A stretch of DNA of 64,000 bases, taken from Mobula hypostoma. Taxonomy: Eukaryota. The stretch spans positions 231,386,001-231,450,000 of the forward strand of contig NC_086097.1 in the NCBI RefSeq assembly GCF_963921235.1, read 5' to 3'. Position 1 is the stretch's first letter; every line of letters starts with the position of its first letter. The notes beneath the pieces are model-generated. The model worked only from the letters and a program-made list of their open reading frames with translations. It ran no database searches and was not told the origin of the DNA. Shown piece after piece: positions 12,126-26,300 of the stretch. Both the position numbers and the translations under genes were made by a program.

Positions 12126-12640
12126 AGGCTGATTTATACTTGAGTGTCAACACGACGCCATAACCTACACAAGTGGCCTACGCGCGTTGTGAGCATTTAT
12201 ACCTGTGCATTGGTGTGTCTGTGTCACTCTGCAATTCAGGTACATCACATATGTGCACACACCTGCCTTTGCAAGGCTTCATGGTCATGGTAGTCTTTCT
12301 CGGGGTAAACAAGTTTAAAGCGAGCGTCTTTTTTTGTAAAGGCAAAATGTGTCCTCCATAATTCCAGAGGACTGTAAGGCTTTATGGAAAGCATTGCAGC
12401 CAGAGTTCCTTCCCTGCCCTTCAGTCGCCCAATGGGAAGCTATTGCACCATAGAAGGAAATGCGATGCTACCAAGTGGACCAATCACAGTTGTTGCAGTC
12501 TGTGTTGCCGCGACGCGTAGTTACATTTTGGGAGAGATGCGCGTCAGGCTATGGCGTAGGGATCCGCGTAGGCTCTGCGTAGGGTGCGCGGCTACGCCAT
12601 ACCTATGGCGTTGATTTGACACACAAGTATAAATCAGCCT
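12126..12640. mobile_element. PIF/Harbinger-type MITE
   Basis: TIRs AGGCTGATTTATACTTG(A)GTGTCAA / TTGACAC(A)CAAGTATAAATCAGCCT. TAA TSD at 12123-12125 and 12641-12643. Removing it restores the CR1 frame (AWLRHWLIG). Confidence 0.85.
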
Positions 12641-13174
12641 TAAGGCATTGGCTGATTGGTAAGAGGTAGTGAGTGGGAATAAAAGGATCCTTTTCTGGTT
12701 GGCTGCCAGTGACTAGTGGCAGGGGTCAGTGTTGGGACCACTTCTTTTTATGATTTAGAAGATGGAATAGATGGCTTTCTTGACAAGTTCACAGATGATA
12801 TGAAGACTGGTGGAGGGGCAGGTAGTGTTGAGAAAACAGGAAGGCTGCAGAAGGACTTCGACAGATTCGGAGAATGGGCAGGAGAGTGGCAAATGAAATA
12901 CATCGTTGAAAAATGCATGGTCATGCACTTTGGTGGTAGAAATAAATATGCAGACTATTTTCTAAATAGGGAGAATACCCAAACTTCTGAGATGCAAAGG
13001 GACTTGGGAGTCCTTGTGCATAACACCCTAAAGGTTAACTTGCAGGTTGAATCGGTGATGAGGAAGGCAAATGCAATGTTAGCATTCATTTCAAGAGGAC
13101 TAGGATACAAGAGCAGGGATGCGATGCTGAGGCTTTACAGTATAAGGTACTGGCGAGGCTTCACCTTGAGTATT

Positions 13175-14121
13175 CAAAGATTCAAGATTCAAAAAACTTT
13201 ATTGTCATTCTAACCATACATCAGCTCTGCAGGGCAGAATGAGACAGCATTTCCCAGGAGCAGTGCAATCATAACATAACAAACGCAACACTAAATAATA
13301 AACGTAACAATAAATAGTAAAACACAACAGCCACATGTCAGTTAAAATCAAGTTATAAGTGTCCAGTGCAAGTTAAAAGTGTCCAAAAGCAAAGTCAGGT
13401 AGAGCAGCTATTTAGCAGTCTGACTGCCTGTGGGAGGAAGCTGTTTAGTAGCCTTGTGGTTTTAGTTTTGATGCTCCTGTAACGTTTGCCTGATGGCAGA
13501 AGAACAAACAGTTCATGGAGAGGGTGTGAGGGGTCTTTAATGATGTACCGTGTCTTCTGGAGGCATCGACTCTGAAAGAGGTCTTGGACAGAAGGTAGGG
13601 AGACCCCAATAACCTTCTCTGTTCCCCTAACCACCCTCTGCAAGGTTTTTTTTGTCAACAGCACTGCAGCTGGAGTACCAGGTTGTGATGCAAGAGGTCA
13701 GCACACTCTCAACCACGCCTCTGTAGAATGTAGTTAAGATGTTAGTGGGGAGTGATGCTTGTTTAAGCTTCCTCAGAAAGCGCAATCTCTGCTGGGCCTG
13801 TTTCACAATCCCAGTGGTGTTCCTGGACCAGGTGAGATTGTCCGAGATCTGCACCCCAAGGAACTTGATGTTTTCCACTCTCTCCACTGTGGAGCCGCTG
13901 ATGCTGAGGGGTGTGTGCTCAGGCTGAGACCGTATGAAATCAACGATCACCTCCTTGGTTTTGGTGACATTAAGCATCAAGTTGTTATCACTGCACCAGC
14001 TCTCTAGATGTTTGACCTTCTCCCTGTACATTGTGTCATCATTTTTGCTGATGAGCCCCACCATTGTGGCATCATCTGCAAATTTAGTGATCAGGTTCTC
14101 CTTGAATCTGGCTGCACAGTC
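13175..14121 (-). mobile_element. Rex1/Babar-type LINE 3' fragment nested in CR1
   Basis: KFADDAT, LNVTKTKE, QQRLRFLRKL, FYRGVVESVL. (TTGAATC)n-type tail. The host reads GAGTATT|GTGAAC across the insertion. Confidence 0.85.
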
Positions 14122-14275
14122 ATTGTGAACTGTTCTGGGCTCCTTATCTAAGAAAAGATTGCTTAAGGAAAGGGTTCTGAGGAGGTTCACAAGGATGTTT
14201 CAGGGAATGAAAGGGTTATCATATGAAGAACATACCTGCCCTTCTTCTCATCTCTTTGCTCTGGCTATCTTCCCT

Positions 14276-14354
14276 CAGAGTTCCCAACCTGGGGTCCGCA
14301 AACCCCTTGGTTAATGGCAGGTGTCCATGATATAACAAAGGTTAGGAACCCCTG
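14276..14354. mobile_element. Very small hAT-like MITE
   Basis: Ends CAGAGTTCCCAACC / GGTTAGGAACCCCTG resemble hAT-Charlie TIRs. No TSD is evident. Confidence 0.45.
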
Positions 14355-14499
14355 ATCAACTCTCTCAGAACTGATTCAGTTCATGACCTGAAACATTAAC
14401 TATCCCTTTCCTTCCACAGACACTTCACCAACATTCCATTGTATGTTTTAATTTTCTTTTATTGTAGGATGTTCAAGTAAATCTGCTATCAAAGTACAA

Positions 14500-14870
14500 A
14501 AAGACCATAAGACATGGGCAAAATGGCCTAATTCTGCTCCTATTGAGTCTGCTCTGCCATTCAATTATGGCTGATTCCGCTCCCCCCCCCCCCACCAGCC
14601 CCACTCCCCTGCCTTCTCCCTGTAACATTTGATGCCTTGGCCAATCAAGAACTTATAAATCTCTGCCTTAAGTACACCCAACAACCTGGCCTCCACAGCT
14701 GCCTGTGGTAAAAAAAGTTCCACAAATTCACCACCCTCTGGCTGAAGAAATTTCTCTGTATCTCTGTTTTAAATGGACATTGCTATATCCTGAGGCTTTA
14801 ACCTCTTGTCCTAGACTGCCCCACAATGGGAAACATCCTTTCCACATCTACTCTGTCTAGGCCTTTAACA
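14500..14870 (-). mobile_element. CR1 3' end
   Basis: KGLDRVDVERMFP peptide and a 3' UTR shared with the other CR1 copies. Confidence 0.75.
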
Positions 14871-15244
14871 GTTATTCTGGGAAGCATCGGTCTCAAATAT
14901 CGAAATCCTTCATAGAAATATTTGTGCCTGGTGATAGAAAATTTCATCCTTACAGTCCTGAACCCAATGGTTGTTACTAAAACCTGTTCTGCCATGCAGC
15001 AGCCACGCCACCCAAGCATGCCTGGACAAGATAGGAAACTTTCCAGCTTACATTGTAGGCAACATTTTCATTGACTTGAATTATGAATTGAAATAATAAA
15101 CATGTTTATTAAAAAATGTTGCGTGATAGGGAAATTTCATGGTGATTTTCATGATCAGGAGCCCAAAATTCATAAGATACACCTAAAAGTATTCGGGAAG
15201 CAAAATCTTTGTTGTCCATTGGAATTAAAGGGATCTCGAGGCTC

Positions 15245-15440
15245 CTGCGCTGCCTGTGAGAAGTTTGTACTTTCTCCCCGTGACCACATGGGTTTTCTCC
15301 CACGGCACAAAGATGCACTGGTCGGTAGGTTAATTGGTTATTGTAAATTGTCCCATAATTAGGCTAGGGTTAAACTGGGGGATTGTGGGTGGTGCAACTC
15401 AGAGAGATTACTCTGCACTCTATCTCAATAAATAAATAAT
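15245..15440 (+). mobile_element. V-SINE (HE1-like) fragment
   Basis: V-domain-like GAAGTTTGTACTTTCTCCCCGTGACC...GGTTAATTGGTTATTGTAAATTGTCCC, ending in an AATAAA-repeat tail. Confidence 0.6.
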
Positions 15441-15639
15441 TACCTGAATTTTGAATTTGTGCCTGCACACGCTCTCAGACTTACACTTTTTCAATGAAGG
15501 AAGGCTGCAGGCTCCAAATACACACATAATTGTTATTAGGGACTGTGCATGCATCCAATAAATCCTGCAATTTTACTAAGGGAAGAAATAACCCCATTGA
15601 CCGAATCATCCTGCACATAGAAACTTGTATTTTAATTTG

Positions 15640-15850
15640 TTTTTAGAGGTATAGCAGAGATATAGCCCGCTCTGCCCAATTGATCAATTAACCTACAAAC
15701 CATTGCGTCTTTGGAATGTGGGAGGAAACCAGAGCACTCGGAGGAAACTCACGCGGTTACAGGTGGAACCTACAAACGCCTTACGGACAGAGGCTGGAAT
15801 TGAACCCAGGTCGCTGGTGCTGTAATAGTGTGACTGCTCCACTGCTGTGC
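15640..15850 (-). mobile_element. V-SINE (HE1-like) fragment
   Basis: Minus strand GGGTTCAATTCC (B box), then GTTTCCTCCGAGTGCTCTGGTTTCCTCCCAC core. A related copy lies at ~45600-45790. Confidence 0.65.
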
Positions 15851-16736
15851 TCTTGTTACTTCGCTTCAGAGCATCACTACAGAAATTCCTAGGCCTAACC
15901 ATCCTGAGCTGCTTCATTGATGATCTTCACTCATTAGATGGTTGTAAAATGTTGAAATTCCTTCATGGCTCCTCAATAAACTAAACGTTCCATATCTGCA
16001 TTAGGCTGCTTGGGCAACACGCTGATTGCAGACTAATTTCAAATTTAAGAGCCTGGTGGACTGGCAAAGCACTTAACTTTGACATTAACGGTTTTGCTAT
16101 TTGTTAATTGCTGATTAGATATCTGATCATTTGGGATCTCATAAGTATAATTTCTTAACTCACCTTCTGATACCCCGAAGTCATGTCACATTCTCCCATG
16201 CATCGATGAGAACAGTTCCATAAGCAATAAAGAACTCAATCCGCCACCCTAAACATTAATTCTCTACCATTTGCACATAGCGACCACAATGTGGATACGC
16301 TGCTGATACTGGTCTAACAGTAGCTTCCAAATACACAATCTCAGCCACCAAGGATAAGGGTATTAAAAAAACTCAGGAACACCTTTTATTGCGGATTCCC
16401 CTTCCATGCCGCGTCATTCTAACCCCGAAATAGAAATACATCGTAGTTATTTTCGTAATACACAAAATGCCTGCAGGAACTCAGCAGGTCAGGCAGCATC
16501 TATCCTTTCATTGTATCTTGGTTTAAATTCTGGAACACTGTGCGAGTACATGTCAAAGACGAAGCACAGTAGTTCAAGAAAGTACTTCACCAACCCCTCG
16601 AGGGAAAATAGGGATGGTCAACATATGCAATGCCCACACCATCCCAAAAATATTAAAAAGTCCAAACAAAATCTGGGTCGGCTCCCGGAGAAAAATATCA
16701 ACGTTAGTCAGAGCTAACTCTATTACTCTTCTCTGA

Positions 16737-17552
<816 letters not shown>

Positions 17553-18661
17553 TAAACATGTCCTCGTTAACAATGGATATGAATTACAATTAACTCCGAA
17601 AAATAGCAATTGAAGCAGGAAAACATTAATGTACTGCTGCAAATGAGGATCTGAGAGTAGTTACTGACGTTGAGTTGCCTATTGTCGCCCAAAAATAAAC
17701 TTATGTAGAATTGGGCGATTTAAAAAAAAAATATAGCTTCTTCGCTGGAGTAGTGTAACTAAACGTACTCTTTCGGAATTTAATGCTTTCTTCCCTCTCA
17801 GCTTTACTTTTCACGAAATGTGTTTGTTATGTATTAGTTGAGAGCAATTCATTCGGTTGCTGTTAAAACAATCTGTGTTGTGATTAGAACTGACTACTTA
17901 TTGAAAATAGAGCGTCAAAATTAACCACTACCTTTGAATGACCTTTTTTTTTGAATGAAAATGGATTATGACTGTTCACCCCCCCCCTCCAGTCTTATTG
18001 TATAAAGAAAGCATAGATTACATCATGGAAAAGATTTGCAAACTGCCATAGAGTCATAGAAGAGTACAGCACAAAAGCAGGCCCTTCTGCCCATCTAGTT
18101 CATGCTGAACCATTTAAACAGCCTACTCCTGCACCAGGACCATAGCCCTCCATAACCCAACCATCCATGTACATATCCAAACTTCTCCAAGTTTGAAATC
18201 GTCCTCATATGCATTACTCGTTCCACACTCTTGGGACCCTCTGTTTCAAGAAGTTTCCCCTCATGTTTCCTTAAATTTTTCACCTTTCACCTTTCACCCT
18301 TAACCCATGATATCTACTTGTAGTCCCACTCACCATCAGTCTCTCAAGTGTTTTGGTTGTTATTGTTGTACATCATATCACTGAGTCTGAAATATCTGCA
18401 AAGCTTTTTGTATGGATCCAGCTTTTATCTGAGGTGGTTGTCAGAAACAGTTATTTTTTTGAATCTGCACTTCTGGTGGGTTATTTAGAGCAGGTGTAAT
18501 AACTTTTAGGGAAAGTACGTATTTTCAGAATCCAGTTGAGTCATCATGTAGGTTTCTATGTGCAATAAATCAATAGCTATTACTGGTAGAAATGTTAGTG
18601 TTATGAGCAAGAATATTGGTGTTATTTCATTTTGTTAGACTGTTACTATAATGGCACATTG

Positions 18662-19030
18662 GTGGTGATGATGAGCCTCCACTGGTCAGGGTCGACCATG
18701 GATGTTGTGTCCTAGTTATCTAGATACGCAAGCCAGGGCAGTACAATATGGAGATCAAGCTGTTGCCCTCTTCACGCATCTGATGAACCCAAAGGAACAG
18801 CAGAGACCAATACTGCTGGTGCCAAACTGTATCACAGGAGTTGCCAGTCAGCGTTAACTCCACGTAGGACTGCCTTAGACTCCAGCTCTGGATTTTTCCC
18901 TCTGGGTTTACCTCCGAAGCTCTCCCCATGAATGGGTACAGACGCAAGGCAGCAGAGGATTGAGATCAGAGATTTCGTTCTCCCAGATGAGCTGCCAACT
19001 ATGGCTAATGAGCCCCATCTGCTCAAAAAA
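18662..19030 (-). mobile_element. 5'-truncated copy of the RTE-related SINE-like family also seen at 45873-46445
   Basis: Reverse-complement similarity to 46080-46445 (e.g. GAGTCTAAGGCAGTCCTACGTGGAG vs GAGTCCCTAAGGCAGCCCTACGTTGAG). (CAT)n tail. Confidence 0.6.
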
Positions 19031-19289
19031 TGATACAGCTAGGACCAAGTACTGGGTCCTTGGCTCTTTACAATCTTTAAGTTCATAGCCTTGGTAAGAG
19101 AGCAAGTAATTATATCAATTCATGGTAAAGTGAACTGATGAGGAAGATGTCAACAGTTTACATATGAAATATCTTAAGACTGTGGCTCATGAATTGTAAT
19201 TTTGGAAAATGCCATGTTATTTATTTTAGTAGAAAGAAGAGAGTAATGAACAGTTACTTGGTGGTCTTGATTGTGCTTTTACTTGGTAC

Positions 19290-19830
19290 ACAGGAATTAA
19301 CTGCATTTTACAGGAGCACCATTGACAGCCTCCTGACAAGCTGCATCTCCATCTGGTGTGGGAGCAACCAAGCGGCAAAATGGAAGCCCTTACAAAAGAC
19401 TGAGAACAGCTGAGAGGATCATAGGGGTCTCCCTACCATTTATCAGGAGTGCTGCATACGCAGGGCCCTTAGTATTATCAAGGATCCCACCCATCCATCC
19501 AGCATCCTCTTTGACTTTCTACCATCAGGCAGGAGACTCTGATGCTTTAAAAACAAGAATGGTCAGGATGAGAAACAGTTTCTCCCCTAAGGCCAGTAGG
19601 CTTCTGAACTCCTGCCGCATCGCCTTAGGAGTGTCACTGGTTTATCTGTCCTGTACCTTACAATATTTAGTTTCTGCACTTTAGTTTGTTATTTATGTGT
19701 GATTCATCTGTAGATTTTATCCTTTACCTTCATGAGTTATTATGTGTACTACTGTGCTTTACACCCTGGTTCGGAGGAATGTCTCATTTCTATATACATT
19801 GTATAGTTAATGATGATAAACTTGACTTGC
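19290..19830 (+). mobile_element. Rex1/Babar-type LINE 3' fragment
   Basis: AFYRSTIDSLLTSCISIW and NSFSPKASRLLN remnants. Confidence 0.7.
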
Positions 19831-22189
19831 TGTAGTTAACGATAAGCAACTGCTATCACGACACATGCCGGTGATAATAAACCTGATTCTGAACCTTTCA
19901 TGACAAGGCTTTGGAATACAAGAATAAGAAAGGCCTGTAGTAATATTCTTTGGTGAGATTGTGTCTGCAGTACTGGGCATAGCTTTACACCAAAGGAATA
20001 ATATACTTACCTTAAAAGCAGTATAGGGTGCTTGGTTTGTTTGATGAATCTCTTGAATGAGGGGATTATTCTTTAAGGAGAAATCATTCAAGAATGGGCT
20101 ATAATTACAGGGGTTTAAAAGAACAAATGGCGATCCTATTAAGTTTTCAGAGATTTTGAGGAATTGATAAGGTCAATGCTGAGAGGCTCTTTCATCTATT
20201 GTAGAGTCTATTGGACAGAATCACTCATTGAAGGGTTGGCAATTCAGGTACAAGTTGATGAGAAATTTCTTTACTCAGAAAGTTTGAGTCTTTGAATTCT
20301 ACCTTTTGAATATTGTGGATAGTTGGTAATTAAGATTGATTTTTTAAAACAGAAAAAGAATAAAGGAATCTTGGGAAATGGGCATTAAATCTGTCGTAAT
20401 TGGGTGGGAAGCTGTCAATGTCATTGAAATATTTGAGATTGTTTAACTTGAAGCTGCTGCGTGAGCAATTCAGAGTTGCTTTTGATAACAATGGTAACAT
20501 TTGCCACTTTATCTGACACTTGGCACCAGTTTCACACTTTCAACATTGTTGGTTTGAGTGGATTTTTTTGCTTAATTATAAAAATGGCAAAATTGGCATA
20601 AGGTATTGCATATAGAAAATGTGTGCTTGCCTGTGTATTTAACTGCTTTGGTTTGTGTTGTGGAGACTGAACGTGAATTTTCTCTGAAGTCTTGTAGAAA
20701 AGGGAAGAATGAAGACATCATAAGCTTTCAACTGAGTGTATTGGAATAGAGAGGAACGCCAGCTTCAGTAGCATTACCAATAATATTGTTTTCACAATTG
20801 CCACTTGATGGGTTACCAGTGAGCTGTTGCTTGAAATTATGGACCTTAATGGCAGTGCAGTTGTAAAACAAGGGCCATGGCTCGCCTTTTGTTAGTTTTA
20901 GAAAATACAGCAAAGTAAAATGACCAAGGATATGGCAGAACAGGTGTAATGTAGAAAAATGTATAAATGTCAAGTAGTTTTTAAATATTGAGGGACTGAA
21001 GAGTGTTACTGTTCAGGGGATCTTGGTGTCCTTATACACAAATCACTGAGGAAGGCAAGTTGTATGTTAGCCTCTTTGGCAAAAGGCAGAAGAGTGGAGA
21101 GTTCTGCCCTGGTGACACTGCATTTTGGAATGTTAAATACATGTCTGGTCTACTGACAGAAGGATATATTTTTGAAAGTTCAGTAGATTAATTTCTTGCA
21201 TAATGCTTTATCATATAAGAGATTAAATGGACTGGATGTAATAAGATGATTTCACTGAAATGTACAAAATGGTTAAGAAGCTTGATGGGGTAGACAGAGT
21301 TGATGCTTCACAAATATTAGAAAATCTGCAGATACTGGAAATCCAAAGCAACACACACAAAATGCTGGAGGAACTTGGCAGGCTAGGCAGCATCTTTGGG
21401 GGCGGGGGGGGGAGTAAACAATTGACATTTCAGGCCAAGATGCTTCCATCAGGTCTGTTGATGTTTCATCTAGCTGGGCTGTTGAGAATCAGGGGTTTTA
21501 GATATTAAGGGTGCCAATATTTAGAACGGATGTGAGAGGCAATTTCTTCATGCAGAGGAAAGTAAATCTTTGGAATTCTCTAACCAATGGGTTGTGAAGA
21601 CTTGGTTGTTGATAAAAATCAGTAGATTCTTTGATATTAGGTGAAGTTAGAGATATGAAGTCTGTGTGTGCATGAAAGTGATAATGAGAAGAGAAGATCA
21701 CCATTATTGATTATCGGAGCAGATATGAGGGCATAAAGAGCCTATTCTCATTTGTGCTGCATTCATTCTACCCTATCAATGAAGATCCAGTCAGGAAGGT
21801 GATAAAATATTTGCTGATTGCCCAGATGAGTATATTTGCAAAATCTAATGAATTTCATCTACACCCGTAACAAACCAGATTTGATTGCCATCTCTGTCAA
21901 TGTAGTCATTTTGGATGCAGTACGTACAATTAACATTGCAGTTCCTCGACTAAGTTTCTGTAACAGCACTTTGCACTGTTTTATAATATCGTCCTGAATG
22001 GTGTTGTGGGAGCATCAGCTGCACATCTCATGTTGAAGGTTTGGTCTATTGTCACAATGTTAATATATTGGATATCTTTATTTACCATTGTTAAGGGCAA
22101 GCAATATAACCATTGCTGTTTGATAAAGTCCACAACCAGAAAACTGAAGTGTCCAGTAAGTTACGTAACCAGCATCGTCTACGTACCAA

Positions 22190-23105
22190 GAAAAATTAGA
22201 GGAAGCAGAGAGGCTACAGAAGGACTTAGACCAGTGGTCCCCAACCACCAGGCCACAAAGATGTGCTACTGGGCCACAAAGAAACAATATGATTTGGCGA
22301 TATGAAGCGATATGAGTCAGCTGCACCTTTCCTCATTCCCTGTCATGTACTGTTGAACTTGAACCCGCCCCCATCAGCCGGTCCACAAGAATATCGTCAA
22401 TATTAAACCGGTCCGCGGTGCGCAAAAGATTGGAGACCCTTGACTTAGACAGGTTAGGAGAATGGGCAAAGAAGTGGCAGATAGGAGATACTGTCAGGAA
22501 GTGTATGGCAATGCACTTTGGTACAAGAGTTGACTATTTTCTAAATGGAGAGAAAATACAAAAAGCTGAGGCACAAAGGGACTTGAAAGTCCATGTGCAG
22601 GATTCCCTAAAGATTAATTTACTGGTTGAGTATGTGGTGTGGAAGGCAAGTGCAATGTTAGCATTCATTTCAAGAAGACTAGAATATAAAAGCAAGGATA
22701 TAATGTTGAGACTTTATAAAGTTCTGGTGAGGCCACAGTCAGAATATTGTGAGCAGTGTTGGGCCCCTTATCTTAGAAAGGACATGCTGAAACTGTAGAG
22801 GGTTCACAAAATGATTCCAGGATTGAACAGCTTGACTTGCGAAGAGTGTTTGATGGCTGTGGGCCTGTATTCACTAGAACTCAGAAGAATAAGGGGTGAC
22901 TAATTGAAACTTAGCGAATGGTGAAAGGCCTTGATAGAGTGGATGTTCAGAGGATGTTTCCTATGATGGGAGAGTCTAAGAGCAGAGGGCACAACCTCAG
23001 AAAAGAGGGGCGTCCTTTTAGAATGCAAATGAGGAATTTCTTTGGCTACAGAGTAGTGAATCTGTGGAATACTTTGCCACAGGCAGCAGTGGAGGTCAAA
23101 TCTTT
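22190..23105 (+). mobile_element. CR1 3' fragment carrying a hAT MITE
   Basis: LDRLGEWAKKWQ, LVRPQSEYC, GLDRVDV peptides. Confidence 0.8.
22232..22442. mobile_element. hAT (Charlie-like) MITE
   Basis: Ends CAGTGGTCCCCAACC / GATTGGAGACCCTTG. 8-bp TSD ACTTAGAC at 22224-22231 and 22443-22450. Confidence 0.85.
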
Positions 23106-23110
23106 ACGTG

Positions 23111-24226
23111 CAGTTGCAAGAAAAGATTTGGGAACTCTTTGTAATTACCTGGTTTTCTGCATTAATTACTCATAAAATATAGTCTGATCTTCATCTAAGT
23201 CACAAAAATTTTACAAACACAATCTGCCTAAACTAACTCATCAATACTGAATACACCATTTAAACAATCACAGTCTAGGTTTAAAAAAAGTATGTGAACC
23301 TTGGGGTAATGCCTTCTGCAAAAGCTATTTGGAGTCAGGTGTTCCAGTCAGTGAAATGAGATTTGAGGTGTGGGTTGTAGAGATGCCCTATCCTGTATAT
23401 TTTTTTTTAAAAAAGACACACAAAGTCAGGTTACTGACAGAGTCTGCTCTTGTCAAGAAAGATCTGTTCATGTGCACCATACCTCAATCAAAACAACTTT
23501 CAAGAGGACCTGAGGAGAAGAATTGTAGAGGTGAATGTGGCTGGAAAAGGCTACAGAAGCATTTCTACACCCCTAAGTGTCCATCAGTCCACAGTAAGAG
23601 AAATTGACGCAAATGTACTGTTGCTACTCTCCCTAGGATTGGACATCCTGCAAAGATCACAGCAACCGCACAATATGCAATGCTGAAGGAGATGAAAAAG
23701 AACCCAAAGGTAACAGCAAAAGACCTGCGGAAATTTCTAGAACTGCTAAAGTCTCTGTTCATCTGTCCATTGTAAGAAAAACATTGAATAAGAATGGTGT
23801 GCATGGATGGACACCACAGAGGAAACCACTGGTATCCAAAAAAATTGCTGCACGTTACAAGTTTGCAAAAGGCCATGTTCCACAGTGCTTCTGGGACAGT
23901 GCTCTATGGACAGATGAGATAGAAGTTTAAATTTTTGGCATAAATGCACGCCACTATGTTTGGAGGAAAAAGGGCACTGCACACCAACACCAAAACCTCA
24001 TCATAATTGTGAAGCATGGTAGGAGGAGCACCATGGTTTGGGGCTGCTTTGCTGCCTCAGGGCCCTTCAGTTTGCAATCATTGAGGGAATAAAGAATTCA
24101 AAATTGTATCAAGACATTTTACAGGAGAATGTCAGGGTAGCAGTCTGCCTACCACTTAATAGAAGTTGGATAATGCAACAAGACAATGATCCGAAGCATG
24201 AGTAAATCAACAACAGAATGGTTCAA
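23111..24226 (+). mobile_element. Tc1 transposon (IR/DR type), decayed and 3'-truncated
   Basis: CAGTTG start with an inner repeat near 23285. Transposase remnants EDLRRRIV..GKGY, WTDE, VKHG..MVWGCF, QQDNDPKH. Confidence 0.85.
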
Positions 24227-26300
24227 AAATTTTTAGGTAGCAGCTGAAGAAGTGGCTTACATATGGCAAGAAGTGTGAATGAGTTGTTGGGAAGTGGAAT
24301 TAAGGAAAAGACTTGGATTGTTCTACATGTACATGAAGAACAGGAAGATGATGGTAGACTTCTCGGGGATAAAGGGGGACACATTTGCCTGAAGGCAGGG
24401 AGGGTCTTCAATGAATACTTTTCCTCTGTATTCACCAGGGTCAACATAGAACAGGCTAATCTGCTGGAGCATCTTGAGAGTAAGAACCATATAACAATTA
24501 CAGCGCGGAAACAGGCCATCTCGGCCCTTCTAGTCCGTGCCGAACTCTTACTCTCACCTACTCCCACTGACCTGCACTCACCCCATAACCCTCCATTCCT
24601 TTCCTGTCCTTATAGCTGTCCAATTTAACTTTAAGCGACAACATCGGACCTGCCTCAACCACTTCTGCTGGAAGCTCGTTCCACACAGCTACCACTCTCT
24701 GAGTAAAGAAGTTCCCCCTCATGTTACCCCTAAACTTTTGCCCTTTAACTCTCAACTCATGTCCTCTTGTTTGAATCTCCCCCACTCTCAATGGAAAAAG
24801 CCTATCCACATCAACTCTATCTATCCCCCTCATAATTTTAAATACCTCTATCAAGTCCCCCCTCAACCTTCTACGTTCCAAAGAATAAAGACCCAACTTG
24901 TTCAACCTTTCTCTGTAACTTAGGTGATGAAAGAGGTAGTTTTGGAGCTTCTGAAAAACATTAAGATAGATAAGTCCCCAGGTAGGACAGGATAGTACCC
25001 CAGGTTACTTCGGGAAGTGATGGCTAAGTGTTGACATCCTCCTTGGCCACAGGAATGGTACCAGAGGATTGGAGGGTGGATATTGTTCCATTGTTCAAGA
25101 AAATTAATAGAGATAATCTTTGAAAGATCGGTGAGTCTTAATATTAGTGGTGGGCAAACTACTGCTGTAGAGGATTCTTAAGGTCAGGATTTATGAGCAT
25201 TTGGAGAAGCAGTCCTGTTGGGGATAGTCAGCATGGCTTTATGAGGGGCAGATTGTCCCTCGCGAGCCTATTTGTGTTTTCCAAGGTAGTAGGATTTCTG
25301 TGGAATTGGCTTGCCCACAGAAGGCAGAAGGTGGTAGTACGTTCTGCCCAGAAGTGACCCCTACTCTTTGTGATTTTTATAAATGAGTGAAGTGAATTGG
25401 TGGGTTAATAAGTTTGTAGATGACACGAAAGCTGGTGTTGTGGATATTGCCGAAGGTTGTCGTAGGATACAGCGGGACATTGATGGGACGCAGAGCTGGG
25501 CAGGGAGGTGGCAGATGGAGTTCAATCCTGAAAAGCGTGAGGTGATATACTTTGGAAAGTGAAACTTAAAAAGTAGAATAATGGCAGGATTCTTAGTTTG
25601 GAGGATCGTTGGGATTTTGGGGTCAAAGTGATAAATCAGTCGAAGTTGCTGTTCAAATTCAAAGGGTAGTTAAGAAGTTGTGTGGTGTGCTGGCCCTCAT
25701 TAAAGAGGGATTGAATTCAAGAGCTGCAGGGTAATGTTGCAGCTCATGAAACTCAGATTCGACCACACTTGGAATATTGTGTTCATTTCTGTTTGCCCCA
25801 TTATAGGAAGGATGTGGAAGCATTTGAGAGGATGCAGAGATTTACCGGGATGCTGCCTGGACTAGAGAGCATGTTTATGAGGAAAGGTGAATGAGCTAGT
25901 GATTTTTTGTTTTGGAATGACAGAGGATGTGAGGCGAATTAATTGAGGTGTAGATGAGAGGCAAAGATAGAGTGAACAGCCGGTACCTTTTTTTTCCCAG
26001 AGCAGCAATAGCTAATACCAGAGGACATTGTTTTAGGGTGGGTGAAGGAAAGTTTAAGGGCAATGTCAGAGGTAGAACTTTTACACGGAGTAGTGAGTGC
26101 CTGGATACATGTCTGGGTGTGGTGGTAGCGGCTGATACAATAGGTACATCTGAAAGACTTCTAGATTGGCAAATGGGTTCAGGACAATGAGGTCCTATGG
26201 GTTGTGTATGAGGGGAGGGTTTGATAGATTGTGGAGGAGATACATATTGGCACAACATTGTGGGCTGAAGAGCCAGTACTCTGCTGTACTGTTATATGTT
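24227..26300 (+). mobile_element. Old CR1 ORF2 fragment containing a younger CR1 3' end (24483-24928, minus strand)
   Basis: NEYFSSVFT and other RT remnants on plus. The nested minus copy reads LGLYSLERRRLRGDLIEVFKIM...FFTQRVV..WNELP. Confidence 0.75.

Larger units (their letters stand above)
7100..14232 (+). mobile_element. Near full-length decayed CR1 LINE interrupted by four nested insertions
   Basis: ORF1 remnant from 7433: CSSC...CVKC zinc finger and SGNH-esterase motifs CCLPGAR, HIGTSD, DRLHLN. ORF2 remnants: GGGVA..LVK, IYRPPN, WKIADVTLLFKKG, FTDDMK, QRDLGV. Many stops and frameshifts. Confidence 0.85.
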
